52,982 nt of DNA from contig CAYSMO010000002.1 in the NCBI GenBank assembly GCA_964432125.1, positions 1 through 52,982 of the forward strand. The letters are read 5' to 3'. Numbering within the stretch: position 1 is the first letter of the stretch; each line of letters starts with the position of its first letter. Below, in pieces: positions 36,957 to 47,350 of the stretch. Source of the DNA: an uncultured Bacteroidaceae bacterium (GTDB lineage: Bacteria > Bacteroidota > Bacteroidia > Bacteroidales > GCA-2748055). A program made the translations under genes and the position numbers. The notes under the pieces were generated by a model. The model worked only from the letters and a program-made list of their open reading frames with translations. It had not been told where the DNA came from and did no database searches.

Positions 36957-38307
36957 ACATGTATTCCATAATCCTGCCGGAGATTTGAAGCAGGGATATT
37001 TCGGCAATTTTTGTGAGGTACTTGACTGAGATAAGTCGCTCTTCTGCATCGAGCAGACTTTTTTGTACTTCGCGAAGCTCCAGACCGGCCAGGCTTCCGA
37101 GTTTATATCGTTCGACTGCTATTTCCAGGTTTTCGCGGGCCACCTCAAGATTTTGTTCCTCCAGTTTGAGCAACCGGAGGTTATTTTCATAGGCATAAAA
37201 GATGGTGAGTAGATCGCCTTTTATTGACTGTTCAACCTCCTTGTGCTGAATTTGCCTGTTTTCAATCTGGATGCGGGCATTGCTTTTCTCTCTTCTCCGG
37301 TTGAAACCGTCGAAAATATCCATTCCAAGGGTAAGTCCGTAATTCATGCCGTGGACATGCTGATTGAGCAGGGTGCCTGTTTGGTAAGCGTTGTAATTAT
37401 AGCCGTAACCTGAGGTCAGATTAAGGTATGGGTAGGATCTTGATTCAATGATTTTATAATCCAATTCGGTGATTACCTGGTTTTTTAACGCAATCTGCAA
37501 GCCGGTATTTTCATCCATTGTTTTATCCAGCAAGCCGTCGTATTCCAAATTTTTATTGATATGAATCAGGCTATCTTTTAATGTAATTTCTTCTCCTAAA
37601 TTCTCAGCGGCCATAAGCTCATTCAGTCGGATTTGTGATGATCGCAACACCTCGCTTTGCCGGGCAAGTCTTGAGCTGTCGGCATTGAGGTAGACCATCG
37701 ATTGCAATAGCTGCATTTTGGATCCCGATCCCAGCAGATAGCGCTGTTCATCAATACGTTCCCGCTCGCGGGAGAGTGAAACAGAGTAGGCCAGGTTTTC
37801 ATACAGGGTTAATTGCTGTAGATAATAATTGTATTCAGAAACGATATCTGCAACGAGGTTCTCAATGGCCATTTGTGTTTTAAGTCCATCAAGCTCCGCT
37901 TGTTGTCCAAGTTTCTGGTAGGTGTTCTGGACCTGGAACCCTCTGAAGATGGTCATCCCCATTTGGACATTGGCCGATCCTGTTCTGTTGTGGATATTCC
38001 TGTTGGTAATATCAGTGCCATCCGGATAATTTTGCTGTGTGGTATTCAGCGTTCCTCCATACCGGTTGGTGGCGGTTATCTCCGGCAGCATGCCAGCATT
38101 TCCGGCCGAATAATTATTGACCGAAATCTCCTCAGTGTTACGTACAACCTTGAGGTTGAAATTTCTTTCCAGTCCTGTCTCGATACAGCGGCTAAGATCG
38201 TATACCTCCTGGGCGTTTGCAAATCTCAGGCCGAGAAGGAGGACAGACAGTACAATAAGACTGTTATTTTTCACCGGTGATTTCAACTTCACTCGAATTT
38301 GACGCAT
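36955..38307 (-). CDS. TolC-family outer-membrane efflux channel
   Basis: Signal peptide (..LLGLRFANAQE) and two-repeat helical/coiled OEP architecture. It is the last gene of the RND operon. ATG 38307 is preferred; the track start at 38313 is TTG. Confidence 0.85.
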   Translation of the reverse strand: MRQIRVKLKSPVKNNSLIVLSVLLLGLRFANAQEVYDLSRCIETGLERNFNLKVVRNTEEISVNNYSAGNAGMLPEITATNRYGGTLNTTQQNYPDGTDITNRNIHNRTGSANVQMGMTIFRGFQVQNTYQKLGQQAELDGLKTQMAIENLVADIVSEYNYYLQQLTLYENLAYSVSLSRERERIDEQRYLLGSGSKMQLLQSMVYLNADSSRLARQSEVLRSSQIRLNELMAAENLGEEITLKDSLIHINKNLEYDGLLDKTMDENTGLQIALKNQVITELDYKIIESRSYPYLNLTSGYGYNYNAYQTGTLLNQHVHGMNYGLTLGMDIFDGFNRRREKSNARIQIENRQIQHKEVEQSIKGDLLTIFYAYENNLRLLKLEEQNLEVARENLEIAVERYKLGSLAGLELREVQKSLLDAEERLISVKYLTKIAEISLLQISGRIMEYM

Positions 38308-41300
38308 GTTCAATATTTTTCGTATTACTGGAAATTAAGAGATAAATTGCCGGCACGACATACAATGTCAGGAATGTAGAGAGAACCAGTCCACCTACAA
38401 CGGCAACCCCCATTGCCACCCTGCTCTGTGCACCTTCACCCCATCCAAGGGCAAGAGGCAGTACGCCGAGTGCTGTTGACAGGCTGGTCATCAGGATGGG
38501 TCTGAATCTGGCAGCGGAGGCATGCCGGATGGCCTCATATTTACTCATTCCGGCCAGTTTCCTTTGGTTGGCAAATTCTACGATCAGAATTCCATTCTTA
38601 GAGACAAGACCGATCAGCATGATGATCCCAATCTGGCTGAAAATATTCATGGTGATGCCGAAGTACCACATAAAGAGCAGTGCACCGGTGAGTGCCAAAG
38701 GAACTGTCATCATAACGATGATGGGATCCTTAAAGCTCTCAAACTGTGCGGAGAGAACAAGGAAGATCAGAATAATGGCCAGGAGAAAAGCAAACATCAG
38801 GCTGGAGGCACTCTCCTTGTAATCTTTGGAGTCACCTGCAAGCGCTGTTCTGAACGAGTCGTCCAGTACCTTTTCGGCAATTTTATCCATCTCATCCAGC
38901 CCTTCACTAATTGTTTTTCCCTCTGCAAGTCCGGACGATATGGTTGCAGCTACAAACCTGTTATACCGGTAGAGCTGGGGCGGGGCAGTTGACTCCTGAA
39001 GGGTAACAAAATTATCGAGTTGAACCATGTTGCCACTGTTGTTTTTTACATAGAGCGATTTCAGATCCAGCGGTTTGTTCCGGTCCTCCCTGGCCAGTTC
39101 TCCAAGGATCTCGTATTGCTTTCCGTTCATAATGAAATAGCCGAACCGCTGACCGCTCAATGCGAGCTGCAAAGTCTGGCCAATGTTTTGTGTCGATACG
39201 CCCAAAAGATTGGCTTTGTCACGATTGATTACAATTTGCACCTCGGGTTTTGTAAACTTCAGGTTCACATCGGCCATAGCGAAAACAGGGTTGTTGTAAA
39301 CCTCTTCCATGAAAGCAGGAAGTATTTCACGTAATTTTTCGATGGTGGGCGCCTGCAAGACGTATTGGATAGGAAGTCCTGCTCTTCTGCCTCCAAAGGT
39401 TGATTGCTGCATTACATTGGCACGCGCCTTTGTCATTTTCCTGAGCTCTTCTGTTAACTGTGCGGCGATCTCCTGTTGTGAGCGCTCTCTTTCAGAAGCA
39501 TCGACCAGGGCTGTTATGACGAATCCTCCTGAGCTCCATACCCTTTCTACAACCTTGTCGCTTTCAGGGACCTTCTCATTGACCATACTGGCGACATCTT
39601 CGATATAGCTGAGGTTGTACTCGTAGGTAGCTCCTTCCTGGGTGGTTGTCCAGATGGTTAGACGCGATCTATCCTCGAGTGGGGCCATTTCTGCCGGGAT
39701 CACTTTCCATAAGACAAAAATCAGGATAAATGCAGCGCCAAGAATTAACACTGCGATGTATCTCTTATTCAAAAGGTTTGAGAGTGAATTTTGGTATGTT
39801 TTGTTCAGATAGACAAAGAATTTTTCCGAATAATTGTAGGCCCTGCTCCGCTTATGCCGCGTTTTTAGCAGTTTGGTTGAGAGCATAGGGGTAAGCGACA
39901 GTGCCACAAACGATGATATGGCAACTGCACCGGCAATCACAATGCTAAATTCCCTGAACAGCCTTCCGGTCATCCCTTCCAGAAAAACGATGGGGATAAA
40001 TACAGCAATAACTGTAATGGTCGTGGAGATAATGGCAAAGAAAATCTCATTGGCCCCTTTGAGGCCCGCCTCAATCGGGGAGAGGCCCTGTTCAATTTTC
40101 ACGTAGATATTCTCCATCATTACAATGGCATCGTCTACCACCAGACCAATGGATAGCACAACAGCAAGTAAAGTAAGCACGTTAATGGTGAACCCGAAAA
40201 GGAACATCACGAAGAAGGAGCCCACCAGTGAAACCGGGATTACCAGGATCGGTATAATGGTTGTCCTCCAGTCACGCAGAAAAAAGAAGATAATAATAAC
40301 AACCAGAAAAAAGGCCAGGTAGATGGTTGTTTGCACCTCTTTGATCGAAGTCCTGATATATTTCGTATTATCAAAGCCAATATCAAAGGTGATATCATCG
40401 GGCAGGTCCTTTTCAATGTATTCCAGTCTGCTGTATACCTCATCAACGATTTCGATGTGGTTGGCACCCGGCTGCGGTATAATCACCGTGGCGACAGCTG
40501 GCACGCCATTTATCTTCAGTATCCCGCGAAGGTCCTCCGGTCCCAGCTCTGCACGGCCAATATCGCTTACGCGGACAATCTGATCGCCCACCTGTCGTAG
40601 TATTAAGCTATTGAATTCCTGTGGTGTGGTCATCAGACCAAGTGCCCGTATTGTCAGTTGTGTAGCATCACCTTCAATCATTCCTGCTGGCAGCTCGACG
40701 TTTTCCCGGAGGATCGCATTTCTAACGTCCATGGGGGTCATCTGGTATCCTGCCAGTTTTTGGGGATCGAGCCAGATACGCATGGCATATCTTTTTTCTC
40801 CCCAGATCATCACCGCGCTTACCCCGGAAACGGTCTGCAGCTGCTCCTTAAAGGTGAGTTCAGCATATTCGGAAAGCTCGAGCAAAGAACGTTTCGTGCT
40901 TTGAACGGCGATCATCAATATCGGACTTGCATCGGCATCGGCCTTTGATACGGTTGGCGGATCACAGTCGCGCGGCAAATATCGCTGTGCCTGTGAAACT
41001 TTGTCGCGGACATCGTTGGCTGCGGTCTCCATATCGACCGATAATTCAAATTCGACACTGATGCTACTCCGGCCCTGACTGCTGCTGCTGGTGAGGGTTC
41101 TGATACCGGGAATGCCGTTGATCGACTGTTCCAGAGGTTCAGTGATCTGTGTTTCAATGACATCTGAGTTGGCACCGGGATAGGAGGTGCTTACAGAGAT
41201 AATGGGTGGATCGACACTGGGAAATTCGCGAACCCCCAAACGGGTTAATCCTATGGCTCCAAACAGCAGGATAACCAATGAGAATACAGTGGCCAGCACA

Positions 41301-41332
41301 GGCCTTTTTATACTTACCGATGCTAAACTCAT
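38264..41332 (-). CDS. RND (AcrB/HAE1-type) efflux permease
   Basis: 1022 aa. N-terminus is MSLASVSIKRPVLATVFSLVILLFG, with 12-TM topology, two large periplasmic loops and the conserved VVDDAIVMMEN motif. Confidence 0.93.
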   Translation of the reverse strand: MSLASVSIKRPVLATVFSLVILLFGAIGLTRLGVREFPSVDPPIISVSTSYPGANSDVIETQITEPLEQSINGIPGIRTLTSSSSQGRSSISVEFELSVDMETAANDVRDKVSQAQRYLPRDCDPPTVSKADADASPILMIAVQSTKRSLLELSEYAELTFKEQLQTVSGVSAVMIWGEKRYAMRIWLDPQKLAGYQMTPMDVRNAILRENVELPAGMIEGDATQLTIRALGLMTTPQEFNSLILRQVGDQIVRVSDIGRAELGPEDLRGILKINGVPAVATVIIPQPGANHIEIVDEVYSRLEYIEKDLPDDITFDIGFDNTKYIRTSIKEVQTTIYLAFFLVVIIIFFFLRDWRTTIIPILVIPVSLVGSFFVMFLFGFTINVLTLLAVVLSIGLVVDDAIVMMENIYVKIEQGLSPIEAGLKGANEIFFAIISTTITVIAVFIPIVFLEGMTGRLFREFSIVIAGAVAISSFVALSLTPMLSTKLLKTRHKRSRAYNYSEKFFVYLNKTYQNSLSNLLNKRYIAVLILGAAFILIFVLWKVIPAEMAPLEDRSRLTIWTTTQEGATYEYNLSYIEDVASMVNEKVPESDKVVERVWSSGGFVITALVDASERERSQQEIAAQLTEELRKMTKARANVMQQSTFGGRRAGLPIQYVLQAPTIEKLREILPAFMEEVYNNPVFAMADVNLKFTKPEVQIVINRDKANLLGVSTQNIGQTLQLALSGQRFGYFIMNGKQYEILGELAREDRNKPLDLKSLYVKNNSGNMVQLDNFVTLQESTAPPQLYRYNRFVAATISSGLAEGKTISEGLDEMDKIAEKVLDDSFRTALAGDSKDYKESASSLMFAFLLAIILIFLVLSAQFESFKDPIIVMMTVPLALTGALLFMWYFGITMNIFSQIGIIMLIGLVSKNGILIVEFANQRKLAGMSKYEAIRHASAARFRPILMTSLSTALGVLPLALGWGEGAQSRVAMGVAVVGGLVLSTFLTLYVVPAIYLLISSNTKNIEHASNSSEVEITGEK

Positions 41333-42459
41333 GGGATGCTGTTTACGAGGGGTTCATTGGTGATTATTGTATCGAGCTGAACGGGAATGTTGTGCCTCAA
41401 CTGAAGAATGGCAGTTGTTAGAACGGTATCTCCAAACTGAAGTCCCTCCTGAATCTGGATATGGGATTCCGTACGTAATCCGGTTCTAACCTTTACTTCA
41501 TTCGCCATACCATTTCTGACAACAAATACCTTTTCGCCCCCCATTTCGGGAATCACCGCCTGGGTGGGTATGGCAATGGTACTTTCAATTTCCGAAAGCA
41601 GTAATCTGACACTGGCAAACCTTCCGGGTTTCAACTCCTCGTTGGTGTTGGGATAGCGTGCCCGTGCAACGATTGTACGTGTGTTGGCATCTACTTTGGG
41701 TGCTACTGCATATACATTTGCATGAAATGTTTTATTCACACCATCAATAACAAAGGAGATCGGAAATCCTGAATTTATCTCGCCAGCATACCTTTCCGGA
41801 ACGGAAAATTCAATTTTCAGCGGACTTATTTTTACCAGGCGGACAATATTTGTTTGCGTGGTGGCAAATGCCCCTTCGCTGATCATTCGCAATCCTACGA
41901 TACCATCGAAAGGAGCCCTTAATTCAGTTTCTGAGATGCGTGCTTCAATGAGCTGTATGTCGGCTTGCAGCGATTGCAGCTCTGTCGCCACCTGGTCATA
42001 ACTTTCACGGCTGATCGCATCACGGTCGAGCAGCTGCCGTTGGCGAAATTCCCGTTCTTCGGATAATTTCCTTTGTGCCTGAAGCTTCAAAAGTTGGGCC
42101 TGCAGTGGTTTATCGTTAATCTTTGCCAGCAGATCCCCTCGCTCAACCCGGGTGCCTTCATTGAAAAAAATGCCGACAATTTTCCCGGATGTTTCGAAAG
42201 AGAGATCAACCTCCTCGTCGGGAATCAATGACCCGGTGGTGTAGATCAGCTCATTCATCTGTGTTGGCTTGATGATATATCCATTGGCCAGCAGGGGCTG
42301 ACTGTTCCCCCGCATTCCCGGTGCCCTCACGGCTGTTCCGGGATTTGAATCAGAACCGGATTTTAGCAGGGGTTTTATCTTGGGATAAAGTATAATTCCA
42401 AGTAGCAGTAATAGTAAGAGGGTTGTCAGTGTGCGCCTGATAATTTTCTTCTTATTCAA
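41329..42459 (-). CDS. RND efflux periplasmic adaptor (membrane fusion protein)
   Basis: N-terminal anchor, a coiled-coil hairpin (LQAQLLKLQAQRKL...LQSLQADIQLIEARI), and lipoyl/beta-barrel segments. ATGA overlap with the RND gene. The start codon is TTG. Confidence 0.88.
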   Translation of the reverse strand: MNKKKIIRRTLTTLLLLLLLGIILYPKIKPLLKSGSDSNPGTAVRAPGMRGNSQPLLANGYIIKPTQMNELIYTTGSLIPDEEVDLSFETSGKIVGIFFNEGTRVERGDLLAKINDKPLQAQLLKLQAQRKLSEEREFRQRQLLDRDAISRESYDQVATELQSLQADIQLIEARISETELRAPFDGIVGLRMISEGAFATTQTNIVRLVKISPLKIEFSVPERYAGEINSGFPISFVIDGVNKTFHANVYAVAPKVDANTRTIVARARYPNTNEELKPGRFASVRLLLSEIESTIAIPTQAVIPEMGGEKVFVVRNGMANEVKVRTGLRTESHIQIQEGLQFGDTVLTTAILQLRHNIPVQLDTIITNEPLVNSIP

Positions 42460-42585
42460 TGTTTTTTGATTTATATAACGCTATTATTCAACATGAAATT
42501 ATGAACCGGTAGGTTCAAGTTATAGATTGAACCGAACGAATTGCAAAAGTATTAATTCTTGGTTAAATAAAGCGTCGACAATGGC

Positions 42586-43173
42586 TTATTCAAATTGATA
42601 GGAGAGTCCGAAATTGGCTATTCCCTTGTAGCCAAAACCAATCTCAGCGAATGCTCCAAGACGCTTGCCAATTCGCATTCCCAGTGGATTGATCTGAAAT
42701 GCCACATGTCCGGATCTATTGGTGTCAGTTAGCCCGGTATCTGATATTTCTCCTTTTTCAGCGGTAAACGTATATCCCAGTCCGATGCCGGAATACATCT
42801 GAAAAGCATCTCTTTTGACCCATCGGATGTCGCTCTCAGCCGCAAAGGTTGTATGGTTGGTACGAAAATCACCGTACTTTACCCCATCTTGTAACAGGTC
42901 ACCTGTAACATTGTCAACTCCAATGGTTGCACCTACATGCATTCTGTAAGATGCTGCATATTTATAGGTAAGAAAGAGGGCCCCTGAATAGTGGTAATCA
43001 TCCTTTTCATAATCTCCGAATGAGAATACCGCCCTGACAACATCTTTAACAAGATCTACAATCTGATCGGTTGTGACGATTCCGTATGAACCCGACAGAT
43101 CATGGTGAACGTATTGTGCATTTGTTGTAAACACTCCCCATGTGAGGAGAAAAATAACAATCAGTTTTTTCAT
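42586..43173 (-). CDS. Small outer-membrane beta-barrel protein (OmpW/porin-like)
   Basis: Signal peptide MKKLIVIFLLTWGVFTTNAQ (start trimmed to ATG 43173), alternating strands, and a C-terminal ...GLSYQFE. Confidence 0.7.
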   Translation of the reverse strand: MKKLIVIFLLTWGVFTTNAQYVHHDLSGSYGIVTTDQIVDLVKDVVRAVFSFGDYEKDDYHYSGALFLTYKYAASYRMHVGATIGVDNVTGDLLQDGVKYGDFRTNHTTFAAESDIRWVKRDAFQMYSGIGLGYTFTAEKGEISDTGLTDTNRSGHVAFQINPLGMRIGKRLGAFAEIGFGYKGIANFGLSYQFE

Positions 43174-43297
43174 GATTTCCGGTTTGATATTCTTTTTTAT
43201 GCACCCCAAGTTAAATAGTCTGTTGAAGAAATACAAATTTGGTTCTACTAAAATATTTCGGTTTTCTTTTTTTCAAAAAATGGTTTAGCTTTGGTTT

Positions 43298-44230
43298 ATG
43301 ATAAAAAGAGGAATTATTTTTTTTAGCATTATCCAAGTGGCTATTCTTCCCGCGTTCAACCAGTCATTTAGTTTGAACTTGTATCCTGAAGGCGAAATTC
43401 CTAACTACAGGGATGTGGGAGAGCAGGAAGATAGGGATACTACTGATATTGTGCGGATCAGAAAGGTTCAAACACCGGATATTTCGGTGTTTCTTCCATC
43501 GCAAAGAAGCAGGATTGGGGAGGCTGTTATTATCTGTCCGGGTGGTGGATATCATACACTGTCTTATGACTGGGAAGGAGAGGATGTGGCGAAATTCTGG
43601 AATGCAAAGGGGGTGACTGCGATTGTCTTGAAATACAGGCTGCCTACTTCTGATGCCCAGATTGAACCACATAAAAGTCCGCTGATGGATGCGCAGCGCG
43701 CCATGCGATTGGTCAGGTACCATGCGGAGGATTGGGGGATCGATCCGGGAAGGATCGGGATCATGGGTTTTTCGGCGGGAGGACACCTGGCCGCATCCCT
43801 GAGTACACATTACGATACAGGCAACAATGGTGCTGCAGATCCCGTTGAGAGGGTGAGCTGCCGTCCCGATTTCTCGATCCTGCTGTATCCGGTGATTACC
43901 TTTCAAGGAGATTCCCAGCACAGTGGATCACGCAAGGCCCTGGTAGGGGAGGACGAGGAGCTGATGCATTACTACTCCTGTCACCTGCATGCTACCGCAG
44001 ACACCCCTCCCGCGATCCTCATACACTCGGGCGACGATAGAGCTGTACCGGTAGAGAACAGCATCCTATATTACAAAGCACTGCTCAAGCAGGGTATTCA
44101 GGCTGAAATGCATATTTATCCAAACGGCGGTCATGGTTATTCGCTGGCGGCAGGGAAGGGACATCTGTCGGGTTGGCCGGAAAGAGCCTACGAATGGTTA
44201 ATTTCTTTTCGCAATGAGAACCCTCGGTAA
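43298..44230 (+). CDS. Secreted alpha/beta-hydrolase (esterase/lipase, Abhydrolase_3-like)
   Basis: Oxyanion-hole CPGGGY, nucleophile elbow GFSAGGHLA, then GDDRAVP and GGHGY. Confidence 0.8.
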   Translation: MIKRGIIFFSIIQVAILPAFNQSFSLNLYPEGEIPNYRDVGEQEDRDTTDIVRIRKVQTPDISVFLPSQRSRIGEAVIICPGGGYHTLSYDWEGEDVAKFWNAKGVTAIVLKYRLPTSDAQIEPHKSPLMDAQRAMRLVRYHAEDWGIDPGRIGIMGFSAGGHLAASLSTHYDTGNNGAADPVERVSCRPDFSILLYPVITFQGDSQHSGSRKALVGEDEELMHYYSCHLHATADTPPAILIHSGDDRAVPVENSILYYKALLKQGIQAEMHIYPNGGHGYSLAAGKGHLSGWPERAYEWLISFRNENPR

Positions 44231-44408
44231 TATCCTTTGGCACTTTCCGTTTTTTGGATTTGTGAACGCGCTCACTACCTTTATAGTTGAAATCCCGGTG
44301 GCGCTGGTCCTTGCAAAATCGGTGGGAACATACTTCAATCCGGTGAATAAAAAATGCGTTCCGCAAGTAGTTGCAGATGACATTGCAAGAAAAAAATACC
44401 AGAAATAG
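44214..44408 (+). CDS. Small ORF with YccF/DUF307-like N-terminal motif (possibly truncated)
   Basis: MRTLGNILWHFPFFGF... resembles the YccF-family opening GNILW..F.G. The rest does not look like the family, and the ORF is only 64 aa. It overlaps the hydrolase gene by 17 nt. Confidence 0.3.
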   Translation: MRTLGNILWHFPFFGFVNALTTFIVEIPVALVLAKSVGTYFNPVNKKCVPQVVADDIARKKYQK

Positions 44409-44479
44409 AATCCGATTCGAAACTATTTTGATTTCATTATTTAAAATCTGTTATTTGCAGGTTCAAATACAGTTACGAA

Positions 44480-45514
44480 ATGAAATTAATTATTCCGAAC
44501 AATTACAAGTCGTCGCTTACGCTGAAGGAGACAGAGAGAGCCATTAAGCTGATCAAGGATTTTTTTGAAGCGAACCTTGCTGCTGAACTGAAGCTCAGAA
44601 GGGTTACAGCACCGCTGTTTGTTCAGCGGGGAACAGGGATCAATGACGATTTGAGCGGCACAGAGCGACCTGTGAGCTTTCCGGTAAAGGATATGGAGGG
44701 GGTTACTGCAGAGATTGTCCATTCATTGGCGAAGTGGAAGCGAATGATGTTGGCCGATTATGAGATATCCAATGGTTATGGTCTGTATACAGATATGAAT
44801 GCATTGAGACCGGATGAGGAGCTGGACAACACCCACTCCATATACGTGGATCAATGGGACTGGGAAAAGATAGTTGCTCCTGAGCAGCGCACGGTAGAAT
44901 ATTTGAAGGATATTGTCGAGAGAATTTTTGCGGTGATGAAGCGTGCCGAATTTATCGTGTATGAAAGTCATCCCCACATATTGCCTATGCTGCCCGATAA
45001 GATCACATTTATCCATAGTGAGGAGTTGGAGGCCGCCTATCCCGATCTCAGTCCAAAGGAGAGGGAGGATGCGATTGCTGAAAAACATGGAGCTGTTTTT
45101 ATTATTGGTATTGGTGCTGATCTGCCTTCCGGACAACCGCACGATGGAAGGGCGCCTGACTATGATGACTGGTCGACCGAAACGGTAAACGGTTACAGGG
45201 GGCTGAACGGGGATATCATCGTATGGAACCCTGTTTTGGAAAGGGCGTTTGAACTCTCATCGATGGGTATCAGGGTTGACAGGGAGGCGATGCAAAGGCA
45301 ACTGAAGCTACAGGGTAAGGAGGAGAGAAAAGAGCTGTTCTTCCATAAGAGATTGCTGGCAGGGGAGTTTCCTGAATCAATCGGTGGTGGAATCGGTCAG
45401 TCGAGACTCTGCATGTACTTTCTCAGGAAGGCTCATATCGGAGAAGTCCAGGCCAGTCTCTGGCCCGGACAGATGGTGGATCATTGCAAAAAGAGTGGTA
45501 TCGTATTAATGTAG
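44480..45514 (+). CDS. asnA: Aspartate--ammonia ligase (asparagine synthetase A)
   Basis: Near-colinear with E. coli AsnA: VHSLAKWKR, YVDQWDWEK, RAPDYDDWST, LNGDIIVWNPVLERAFELSSMGIRVD, GGGIGQSRL. Confidence 0.92.
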   Translation: MKLIIPNNYKSSLTLKETERAIKLIKDFFEANLAAELKLRRVTAPLFVQRGTGINDDLSGTERPVSFPVKDMEGVTAEIVHSLAKWKRMMLADYEISNGYGLYTDMNALRPDEELDNTHSIYVDQWDWEKIVAPEQRTVEYLKDIVERIFAVMKRAEFIVYESHPHILPMLPDKITFIHSEELEAAYPDLSPKEREDAIAEKHGAVFIIGIGADLPSGQPHDGRAPDYDDWSTETVNGYRGLNGDIIVWNPVLERAFELSSMGIRVDREAMQRQLKLQGKEERKELFFHKRLLAGEFPESIGGGIGQSRLCMYFLRKAHIGEVQASLWPGQMVDHCKKSGIVLM

Positions 45515-45568
45515 ATGTTGGAAGTACTCATAGCTGCCTGACAAAAGCGGCATATCTTCAAGGATTCG

Positions 45569-46105
45569 TTATTGTTTCCTTACACGAAACAACTTATATG
45601 CACCATACAACGAGATCATTCCGAACACCAGTGCAAATATTCCGATGATCACTGCAATAGCTTCCTGGCCCTCCATTGGATTTGCCAGCAGGAAAATTCC
45701 GAATAGAAGCAGCAAACCGTTTCTGATAAACCCCGGACTGGAGATCCTGCTGCGAATTTTGATCAACAGCCATAAGTTGATCAGTCCGCTCAGGAAAGTA
45801 ATGATTCCCAGCATGATAATAAAAACATTCGCCAAGGATTGTGGGAAGAAAGCAAGTAGCAACCCAAGTGCCGTACTTATCACTCCTTCAATCAAAAGCA
45901 GCTGGTTCGTAGTAAGCCTCTTGTAATTTGCACTGAAAATAAGGATTCCGCCGGCAACCAGGAGTATAATTCCCAAAAGACGTGTTAAGGCAACAAGTGT
46001 TACTTCCGGATGAATAAGGATAAATACACCAGCACCGAAGATGAGTAAACCCTGCAACAACATCAGCCAGGGATTGGATCTGTTCTTAATATGTATATAG
46101 CTCAT
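45569..46105 (-). CDS. HdeD/DUF308-family membrane protein
   Basis: Six hydrophobic helices arranged as repeated W..LL.G...I..G pairs, typical of DUF308. Confidence 0.65.
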   Translation of the reverse strand: MSYIHIKNRSNPWLMLLQGLLIFGAGVFILIHPEVTLVALTRLLGIILLVAGGILIFSANYKRLTTNQLLLIEGVISTALGLLLAFFPQSLANVFIIMLGIITFLSGLINLWLLIKIRSRISSPGFIRNGLLLLFGIFLLANPMEGQEAIAVIIGIFALVFGMISLYGAYKLFRVRKQ

Positions 46106-46242
46106 TATTAAAAAATAATATATGTCCCTTCCGATTCTCTCTGCAGGCGCTGGTAAAAAGCTGCATAAACAGAGTTTGCGAACTCATTGAATCTGTAGCT
46201 CAATCATTAGTAATCGGATGGCACCATGGTTAGTATTGAAAT

Positions 46243-46683
46243 TTATTCGTTTTGTTCTTTGACTTCTTTATTGTCCTCTTTATTATCGCTCATTTGATTT
46301 GATAAACTATCAAGTTTCTCATGCAATGCACTCAGATGCGAACTGTTTTTGTCCATCTCTGCTGTCTGCATTTTAAAAAGTACCTCCTTCATTTTCAAGA
46401 GTTCGATATCCTTCTCCATGATTGCAATGCGGTGGGAACTGTTGCTCTCCCTCTTCTCCGTATTTACCTTATTGATATATGCAAAATACCTGAACAACAG
46501 AATGGCTGCCAGTCCAAGAAGAAAGAAAAAGATGAAAGGATAGCCCCCTATGACGGAGAATCCTAAATTTGTATTGAGTTTGATAGAGAATACATCCCAG
46601 TTAAACCCCGCGTAATAGATCCATATGACCAGATACACAAGAATGGTATAATTGCTAATGCCTATAAGGTTAATCTTTTTCAT
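46243..46683 (-). CDS. LapA-like (DUF1049-type) two-TM protein with a C-terminal coiled-coil/acidic tail
   Basis: Helix 1 is followed by N-W-D-V-F-S-I-K-L-N...G and then helix 2. This is the same layout as the 48942..49223 protein (N-V-E-T-V-N-I-K-L-W...). The tail (KDIELLKMKEVLFKMQ...LHEKLDSLSNQM) has heptad character. Confidence 0.5.
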   Translation of the reverse strand: MKKINLIGISNYTILVYLVIWIYYAGFNWDVFSIKLNTNLGFSVIGGYPFIFFFLLGLAAILLFRYFAYINKVNTEKRESNSSHRIAIMEKDIELLKMKEVLFKMQTAEMDKNSSHLSALHEKLDSLSNQMSDNKEDNKEVKEQNE

Positions 46684-46744
46684 TTGTATTGATTCTTTAT
46701 TTAAATATCTATTCCCAGTGATAAGGGTTCATATATCTGTTTGG

Positions 46745-46799
46745 TTTTTTTCGTATAAAAGCACTGGCAGCAACTGCGTATATCACAGCGTTGCCAGTG
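46745..46799 (-). terminator. Intrinsic terminator-like hairpin downstream of 46813..47259
   Basis: cactggcagc / gttgccagtg stem (9 of 10 bp) at 46762-46799. On the minus strand it is followed by CTTTTATACGAAAAAAA. Confidence 0.4.
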
Positions 46800-46812
46800 A
46801 GATTCATTGTTG

Positions 46813-47259
46813 TTATTCTTTGTCATCCGAAAGTTCCAGGATCTGTTGGTCCAGCTCCTCCATCTCCTTCAACGTTGTTTTAATCGCTTTCCTTCTTAAT
46901 ATGGTGTCAGGAACTTTATTGTCATTGTTTTTCAGTATCAGGTAAAAGCTCATTCCCAGCTGTGCCGCAACCTTTTTCTTCTCTTCATTCAGTTTACGCA
47001 CCTCTGCCTGGTCACGGTATTTTTCCGCCATCTCCTGTGCTTTGTTCACTGCATCCTGAGTCAGTTCTTTGCCCGACTGAAACACTTCACTGGTGCGCAC
47101 TTTTATCTTTCCGAAGATCTCCTCCGAATAGGACGAGATTTTTTCACCCAAATCGCGGGCCTCATCACCTACAATTTTTGCCCCCTCGTTAATATTATCT
47201 TTCGTATCGTCCCAAAATCCCGATTCATTTTTTTTCTCTTTTTCATTCTTTGTTGTCAT
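46813..47259 (-). CDS. Hypothetical soluble coiled-coil protein (148 aa)
   Basis: No TM or signal peptide. It is K/E-rich with helical heptad-like segments and an acidic C-terminus. No motif I can name. Confidence 0.5.
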   Translation of the reverse strand: MTTKNEKEKKNESGFWDDTKDNINEGAKIVGDEARDLGEKISSYSEEIFGKIKVRTSEVFQSGKELTQDAVNKAQEMAEKYRDQAEVRKLNEEKKKVAAQLGMSFYLILKNNDNKVPDTILRRKAIKTTLKEMEELDQQILELSDDKE

Positions 47260-47350
47260 AATATATAATTTTAAATTGTTTGACTTATTGTAAATAAAAC
47301 TCTAATCTTTGTTTGCTTGCTGAACGGATCCAATACCGCAGCGTTCTATG

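Noticed and set aside
43364-43921. 185-aa antisense ORF inside the alpha/beta-hydrolase gene
   Set aside because: It is a shadow ORF with no motif.
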